Shown: piece after piece, positions 58,543 through 64,000 of the stretch | Layout of the letters: every line of letters begins with the position of its first letter | Position numbering within the stretch: the stretch's first letter is position 1 | Assembly: GCA_963798085.1 (NCBI GenBank) | Contig: CAWCRS010000001.1 | Span: 256,001 to 320,000, forward strand | Source: an uncultured Gemmatimonadales bacterium | GTDB lineage: Bacteria; Gemmatimonadota; Gemmatimonadetes; Longimicrobiales; RSA9 | Direction of reading: 5' to 3' | DNA length: 64,000 nt | The notes under the pieces: generated by a model | What the model was told of the DNA's origin: nothing | What the model saw: the letters and a program-made list of their open reading frames with translations, nothing else | Database searches by the model: none | Program-made: the position numbers and the translations under genes

Positions 58543-61241
58543 ACGGCGCGAGCGAGCGCGTGTCGCTGTGGCGCGCGGCGCTGATGCTTCTGTTCCACGT
58601 CGGGCTGCGCATCTATCCGCCGCGGTTCCGCGAGCGTCATGGCGGGCAGATGCTGGACACATTCAGGCAACGGCTGCGCGCGCGAACAGGGATGTTCGCA
58701 ACCGCTGGATTCAGTGGACGGGAACTGATTGGACTCACGGTTCACGGAGTGCTGGCACGCATGCGCCAGCCCGCCGGCCCGGAACCGCACAGGAAGCGGA
58801 GAAGAATGGGAATGGCGACACTGCTGCAGGATCTCAGGTTCGCGCTGCGCACGATCAGTCGCAATCCGGGCTGGGTGGTGATCGCGGTCACCGTGCTGGC
58901 ACTGGGCATTGGCGCCAACACGGCGATCTTCTCCGCGATCGATACCATCATGCTGCGTCCGCTGCCGCTGCATGATCAGGGGCGCATCGTGATGGTCTGG
59001 GAGAAGAATCCGGAGAAGAACTGGTACAAGGCGGTAGCGGCGCCCGCGAACATGTACGACTGGCGCGAACAGGTGAAGGCGTTCCAGGACGTTGCGGCGT
59101 ACACGGAGTTTGGCGCTGGCACGCTGACCGGGCATGGGGACCCGGCCATTCTGGTCGGCTCGCGCGTGACCGGCAACTTCTTCAATGTGGCGGGCGTGCG
59201 CCCGGCGCTCGGTCGCACCTTCCGCGAAGAGGAGACGTGGTCGGACGCGGCGCCTGTGGTGGTCCTGAGCGATGCCCTCTGGCGCGGTAGATTCGGCGCC
59301 GACCCGGCCATCGTAGGCTCGACCATCACGCTCAATGGCAAGGACTGCCAGGTCATCGGCGTGATGCCGGCCAGCTTCGATTTTCCTCGCCAGCACATGG
59401 ATATCTGGGGCCCCATGGGGTGGGATCGCAAACAGCTCGCGGACATTTCCTTCCGCCGCGCGCACTGGCTGCGTGTCATTGCGCGGCTGCGACCCGGCGT
59501 CACGCTGAAGCAGGCGGACGAGCAGCTGCAGGTGGTGGTGAATCGACTGGCGCACGACTATCCGGAGACCAACCGCGTCATGGGCGCGGGGATCACGCCG
59601 TTGCACGAGTTCCTGGTGGGTGACACGCGCACCCGCCTGTTCATTCTCATGGGCGCGGTCGGCATGCTGCTGCTGCTGGCGTGCGCCAATGTCGGCAATC
59701 TCGCGCTCGTGCGCGCATCTGCCCGCCGTCGCGAGATGGCGCTGCGCACGGCGCTGGGCGCAGGCCGGCTCCGCATTCTGCGCCAGGTACTCACGGAGAG
59801 CCTGATCATCTCGCTGACGGGTGGCGTGCTGGGGCTGGGCCTGGGCGTGATCGGTCTGCGGCTGATCATCCGGGTACGCCCCGGGGAGCTTGCCACGCTC
59901 GACACCCTGACACTCGATTATCGCGTGCTGGCCTTCACCTTCGCCGCGGCGCTTGCCGCCGGCCTGCTGTTCGGCATGTTGCCTGCTCTGCGCAGTGCGC
60001 GCTCGGATCCGGGCGACACACTGAAGGACGGCTCTCGCACCGGGACCATGGGCCGCAGGAGCCTGCGCGCCAGCAACGTCCTCGTAGTATCGGAAGTCGC
60101 ACTCGCCATGCTGCTGGTGACCGGCGCGGGCCTGCTGGTACGCAGCTTCACCGCGCTGCGCCACGTCGACCCCGGCTTCCAGACGCAGAATCGCCTGCTC
60201 GTCGATATCGCCCCATCGGGCGCATCGTACAAGACCGCAGCCAGTGTGCTCACATTGTACGACGGACTGCAGCAGCGGCTGGCGGCGCAGCCCGGCGTCG
60301 TGTCGGTCGCGATCACCAGTGCCGTACCGCTCGGGAACTCCAGCTACACGAGCGACTACGTCGCGGAGGGTCGTCCCGCTGAAGGTTATGGCACCGAAGT
60401 GCTGCACCGCAGCGTGTCGCCTGATTATTTCGAGTCCATGGGTGTTCCCATTCTCTCCGGCCGCGGTCTGGCCGACACGGACCGCGAGGGCACAGAGCCG
60501 GTACTCGTCATCAACAATGCGCTGGCGAAGAAGTACTTCCCCAATGAGGATCCCATCGGCAAGCGGCTGGCATTCGACAAGCATCCCAACGCCCAGACGC
60601 AGTGGTATCGCATCGTCGGCGTAACCGGAAGCGAGCTGCAGAACGGCGTCGGCCTGCCACCGCAGGTGGAGGTCTACCGAACACTGCGTCAGGAGGCCGC
60701 GGGCTTTGTCACGTTCATCGTGCACACACGTACGGACCCGCTCGGGCTGGTGCCGGTCGTGCGGCGCGAGCTGCGAGCCATCGACCCCGCGCTTCCGGTC
60801 TTCTCGGTGAACACTCTCGACGACGTGTATCGAGCATCACTCGCGCGCGACCGCTTTCTGCTGCTGCTGCTGAGCGCGTTCGCCGCAACAGCACTCGTGC
60901 TCGCGGCCGTCGGCATCTACGGCGTTGCATCGCAGGCGACGAAGCGGCGCACACAGGAGATCGGCATTCGCGTGGCGCTGGGCGCACGTACCGGTCAGGT
61001 GATGCGCATGATCCTCGGACAGGGCGCCGTTCTCGCCGGCGCCGGCATCATCACCGGCGTGGTGTTGTCGCTCGCGCTCTCGCAGGTCCTGCGGGGTGTG
61101 CTCTTCGGCATCGGCCCGCGCGATCCGCTCACCTTCGTCGCCGTGCCCGCCGTACTGGCGCTCGCGGCACTGCTCGCGTGCTGGATCCCGGCTCGCCGGG
61201 CTACGCGCATCGATCCGGTGGCGGCGCTGCGCATCGAGTAG
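58539..61241 (+). CDS. Duplicated MacB/FtsX-type ABC permease (ADOP family)
   Basis: QDLRFALR, LALGIGANTAIFS, LLLACANVGNL, RTQEIGIRVALGA, IPARRATRIDPVAALRIE; ATGA overlap with PadR. Confidence 0.95.
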   Translation: MNGASERVSLWRAALMLLFHVGLRIYPPRFRERHGGQMLDTFRQRLRARTGMFATAGFSGRELIGLTVHGVLARMRQPAGPEPHRKRRRMGMATLLQDLRFALRTISRNPGWVVIAVTVLALGIGANTAIFSAIDTIMLRPLPLHDQGRIVMVWEKNPEKNWYKAVAAPANMYDWREQVKAFQDVAAYTEFGAGTLTGHGDPAILVGSRVTGNFFNVAGVRPALGRTFREEETWSDAAPVVVLSDALWRGRFGADPAIVGSTITLNGKDCQVIGVMPASFDFPRQHMDIWGPMGWDRKQLADISFRRAHWLRVIARLRPGVTLKQADEQLQVVVNRLAHDYPETNRVMGAGITPLHEFLVGDTRTRLFILMGAVGMLLLLACANVGNLALVRASARRREMALRTALGAGRLRILRQVLTESLIISLTGGVLGLGLGVIGLRLIIRVRPGELATLDTLTLDYRVLAFTFAAALAAGLLFGMLPALRSARSDPGDTLKDGSRTGTMGRRSLRASNVLVVSEVALAMLLVTGAGLLVRSFTALRHVDPGFQTQNRLLVDIAPSGASYKTAASVLTLYDGLQQRLAAQPGVVSVAITSAVPLGNSSYTSDYVAEGRPAEGYGTEVLHRSVSPDYFESMGVPILSGRGLADTDREGTEPVLVINNALAKKYFPNEDPIGKRLAFDKHPNAQTQWYRIVGVTGSELQNGVGLPPQVEVYRTLRQEAAGFVTFIVHTRTDPLGLVPVVRRELRAIDPALPVFSVNTLDDVYRASLARDRFLLLLLSAFAATALVLAAVGIYGVASQATKRRTQEIGIRVALGARTGQVMRMILGQGAVLAGAGIITGVVLSLALSQVLRGVLFGIGPRDPLTFVAVPAVLALAALLACWIPARRATRIDPVAALRIE

Positions 61242-61329
61242 GCGAGGCCCGCGCGCGGCCGCCGCCGGACTGCGGCCCGGTATCCTGAGTCACGGCGCCT
61301 CGAGGCCGTGCTGGCGGAGGTCGCAGGCC

Positions 61330-63840
61330 TCACTCCGCGCGCAGCGCCGTCAGCGGGTGCAGGCGGGCCGCGCGCAGGGCGGGCGGCATGCCGGCGGCAG
61401 ACGCCACAGCGAGCATGGCCAGGGCCGCCGCCGCAATCGCCAATACGTCGTTAGCGGAGACCCCGAACAGCAGACTGCTCACGATGGGTCCCGCCGCAAT
61501 GGCTGCCGGAACTCCCACCACCAGGCCCGCCAGCGCCAGCAGCGCAACCTGTCGCAGGATCAGCCACAACACCGACAGAGGCTGTGCGCCCAGCGCGATG
61601 CGCACACCGATCTCCGACGTGCGGCGCGAGACCGAGTACGCGGTCACGCCGTGCAGCCCGATGCTCGCCAGCAGCAGCGCGAACAGGCCGAAGGCGGCCA
61701 GCAGCTGTGTGAACACACGCTCCTTGCCCGTGGTCCGCGCCATCTGCTCGAGCTGTGTGCGAATCTGCACCACGGGCAGATCTCGGTTCGCGTCCGCCAC
61801 GGCCCGCCTGATCCCGGGCTCGATGCGCGCGAGCGGCGCGTCTGTCCGCAACACAATGTGGTGACCGCCGTAGCCGTCGCGCTGCAGCGCCGCGTCGTAC
61901 ATGGTCGGCCGGACCGCGGACCGTTGCCTGTCGTAGCGACTGTCGCTGACCACGCCGATGATCTGCACTTCGCGTTTCCCGACCCGCAGCACGCGGCCCA
62001 GCGGCGAGACGCCGCCGAACAGCTGTTGCACGGCAGTCTCGTTCAATGCCGCGACGGACGGGCGTTCGGGTGTGTCCTGGGGCCCGGGCATGCGCCCCGA
62101 CAACAGATGCATGCCCATGGTCTCGACGAAGTCCGGGCCCACCGCGTTCATGTAGAGGTCCTGCTCACGCCCGTCAATCGTGATGCTGGTGTTGGAGGTG
62201 AGCCCGCTCAGCAGCGCGTTCTCCACCAGCGTGGCCGAGCGCACGCCCGGAACCAGACGCAGGCGCTGCAGCAGGTCCGCGTACAGCGCGGGGTATTGCT
62301 CGTGCGGCCGGCCCGTGTATCCGGGATCCACCTGGAACATGACCAGGCCGCGTGGATCGAAGCCCAGGTCGACAGCGTTCAGGTTGGCGACCGTGCGCAG
62401 CAGCAGCGCCGCGCCCACGAGCAGCGGCACCGTCAGCGCGATCTGGAACGCGATGAGTGACCGGCCCAGCATCAGCTTCGGCCCGGCGCCGCCCATAACA
62501 CGGTGTTTGAGAAACGCTCCGGGGTCCACAGCGGCCAGGCGCAGCGCGGGCAGGAGCCCGAACAGCATCGTCGCCCCGCCGCAGAGTGCCGCACACAGCG
62601 CCACCACTCTGGCATCCACCGCGGGACGGAGCGCAATCGAGCCGAAGGCCGACGAACCCAGACCGTCAGTCAGCAGTGATGCAAGCGCGCCGCGCGTCCA
62701 GAACAGGATCAGGATCCCGCACAATGTACCGCACACGGCGAGCACGAAACCCTCCAGCAGCGTCTGCCGTATCAGTCGCGTCCGTCCGCTGCCCAGCGCC
62801 CGCCGCACCGCCATCTCACGCTCGCGTGCCACACCGCGCGCCAGCATCAGCGTGGCCAGATTCACGCACGCGATCAGCAGCACCGCGCCGACAACGCCCA
62901 TCAGGATCCACAGCTGACGGCTGGTGTCGGCGCCTACGGGCTGAGGTCCGCGCGCGCCCGGCGCCAGCAGCAGAACCGGCGGCGCGCTGGCCCCTGCGTT
63001 GGCCGGCGAAGGCGCAGAACGGAACGCAGCAGTCAGGTTGCGCATCGCAGCGGGCAGGGCGCCGTGGTCTGGAACCCGCGCCATTACGCGCAACCAGAAG
63101 ATGTCGTCTGCCGTCAGCAGCGACTCGCCGTGAAGGCTCCACTGCGCCTTGACGCGCGGTTGCGCCATCAGGGGAATCGTGATGTCCGTCAGCGCGAAGA
63201 AGCCGCCATGCGACAGCCCTTCGAAGCCCTTGCCCGTCACGCCCACGACTTCCGCCGGCACGCCGTTCACGCGGATCGTGCGACCCAGCACCGCGCGATC
63301 GCCGCCGAACGCTCGCATCCAGAATGAGTAGCCCAGCACCGCGGCCAGTGGCGCATTGACATCGTTGTCCGCTTCCGTCAACCCGCGGCCGAACGCCATG
63401 GGCGGCTGCAGCACCGTGAAGTAGCGACCATCCGCGAACGCGCCACCCGCCACCACCGCCGGCTGATCGCCCGCGGCCACACTGAGTGCGTTCACGAAAT
63501 TGAACGCGAACAGCTGCGCGCCCGGAGCCGCATCACGCATGGATCGATAGAGCGGGTAGCTGAAATTGCTGCGGTACGACTCGCCGCTCGCCGGATCGCG
63601 ATAGGAGCTGGATGCCACCTGGCTGATCTTCAGGTCGCCGGAACGCGCCCAGTACGCGATCACCAGCTGCTCCGGCCGCTGCACCGGCAGCGGATCCCGC
63701 AGCATGTTCGTGATCGTGCCGAATAACGCGCCGTTAGTCCCGATCCCGAGCGCCAGCGACAGCACCGCGACCAGCGTGAACCCCGGACTGCGCGCCAGTA
63801 CGCGCAACACGTACCGCAGATCCGTTACCAGGCCTGCCAT
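61330..63840 (-). CDS. Second duplicated MacB/FtsX-type ABC permease (ADOP family)
   Basis: DLRYVLR, LALGIGTNGALF, LLIACVNLATL, RTSEIGVRIALGA, PALRAARLHPLTALRAE. Confidence 0.95.
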   Translation of the reverse strand: MAGLVTDLRYVLRVLARSPGFTLVAVLSLALGIGTNGALFGTITNMLRDPLPVQRPEQLVIAYWARSGDLKISQVASSSYRDPASGESYRSNFSYPLYRSMRDAAPGAQLFAFNFVNALSVAAGDQPAVVAGGAFADGRYFTVLQPPMAFGRGLTEADNDVNAPLAAVLGYSFWMRAFGGDRAVLGRTIRVNGVPAEVVGVTGKGFEGLSHGGFFALTDITIPLMAQPRVKAQWSLHGESLLTADDIFWLRVMARVPDHGALPAAMRNLTAAFRSAPSPANAGASAPPVLLLAPGARGPQPVGADTSRQLWILMGVVGAVLLIACVNLATLMLARGVAREREMAVRRALGSGRTRLIRQTLLEGFVLAVCGTLCGILILFWTRGALASLLTDGLGSSAFGSIALRPAVDARVVALCAALCGGATMLFGLLPALRLAAVDPGAFLKHRVMGGAGPKLMLGRSLIAFQIALTVPLLVGAALLLRTVANLNAVDLGFDPRGLVMFQVDPGYTGRPHEQYPALYADLLQRLRLVPGVRSATLVENALLSGLTSNTSITIDGREQDLYMNAVGPDFVETMGMHLLSGRMPGPQDTPERPSVAALNETAVQQLFGGVSPLGRVLRVGKREVQIIGVVSDSRYDRQRSAVRPTMYDAALQRDGYGGHHIVLRTDAPLARIEPGIRRAVADANRDLPVVQIRTQLEQMARTTGKERVFTQLLAAFGLFALLLASIGLHGVTAYSVSRRTSEIGVRIALGAQPLSVLWLILRQVALLALAGLVVGVPAAIAAGPIVSSLLFGVSANDVLAIAAAALAMLAVASAAGMPPALRAARLHPLTALRAE

Positions 63841-64000
63841 GTTCACCTCGGTTGTGCGTTCCTCTCATTGGACATGGCGGTGAGCCCGAATGGTTGCCAC
63901 ACCGCCTCCGGGATGCATCCGCCGAGGCAGCCATCGGACCGGCCTCTCCGTTCCCCTCGCGGCCGCCACGCCCATCGACATGATCCATGGCGGCCTCCCG

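Noticed and set aside
521..62460. Many long antisense or alternative-frame ORFs (e.g. 521-2548, 6989-9253, 15743-17683, 28148-29848, 49065-50765, 58401-60725)
   Set aside because: Shadow ORFs expected in high-GC DNA; they overlap well-supported genes and show no family motifs.
63850..64000. Possible gene fragment at the window end
   Set aside because: No frame gives recognisable protein sequence in the available bases.

Overview
High-GC bacterial chromosomal window. Gene content (PadR plus two ADOP-type duplicated permeases, M14/M23/S9 peptidases, a DUF1080 cluster) suggests Gemmatimonadota or an Acidobacteriota-like organism; this is inference. About 45 CDSs are supported. No rRNA, tRNA, CRISPR array, transposase or integrase was recognised. 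Housekeeping and metabolic genes include an APC permease, ggt, maeB, an amidohydrolase, a MOSC protein, a putative polyamine cluster and a 3-keto-glycoside oxidative catabolism cluster. Candidate novel modules: (1) N6-adenine methyltransferase, catalytically degenerate PLD-fold protein and SNF2 helicase, with no recognisable nuclease; (2) an AAA/STAND-like ATPase-TPR gene translationally coupled to a truncated, P-loop-dead paralogue of its own NTPase domain; (3) a four-gene outer-membrane barrel / periplasmic protein / Calx-beta / Ig-repeat cluster; (4) an Apaf-1-like TIR-NB-ARC-WD40 protein and a TIR-TM-FGE-sulfatase-fold protein; (5) two colinear 147-bp palindromic elements with compensatory stem changes flanking a small HTH-like gene. 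A five-copy ~57-bp repeat family forms long inverted pairs. Several unrelated genes carry single-base frameshifts, most likely assembly errors.
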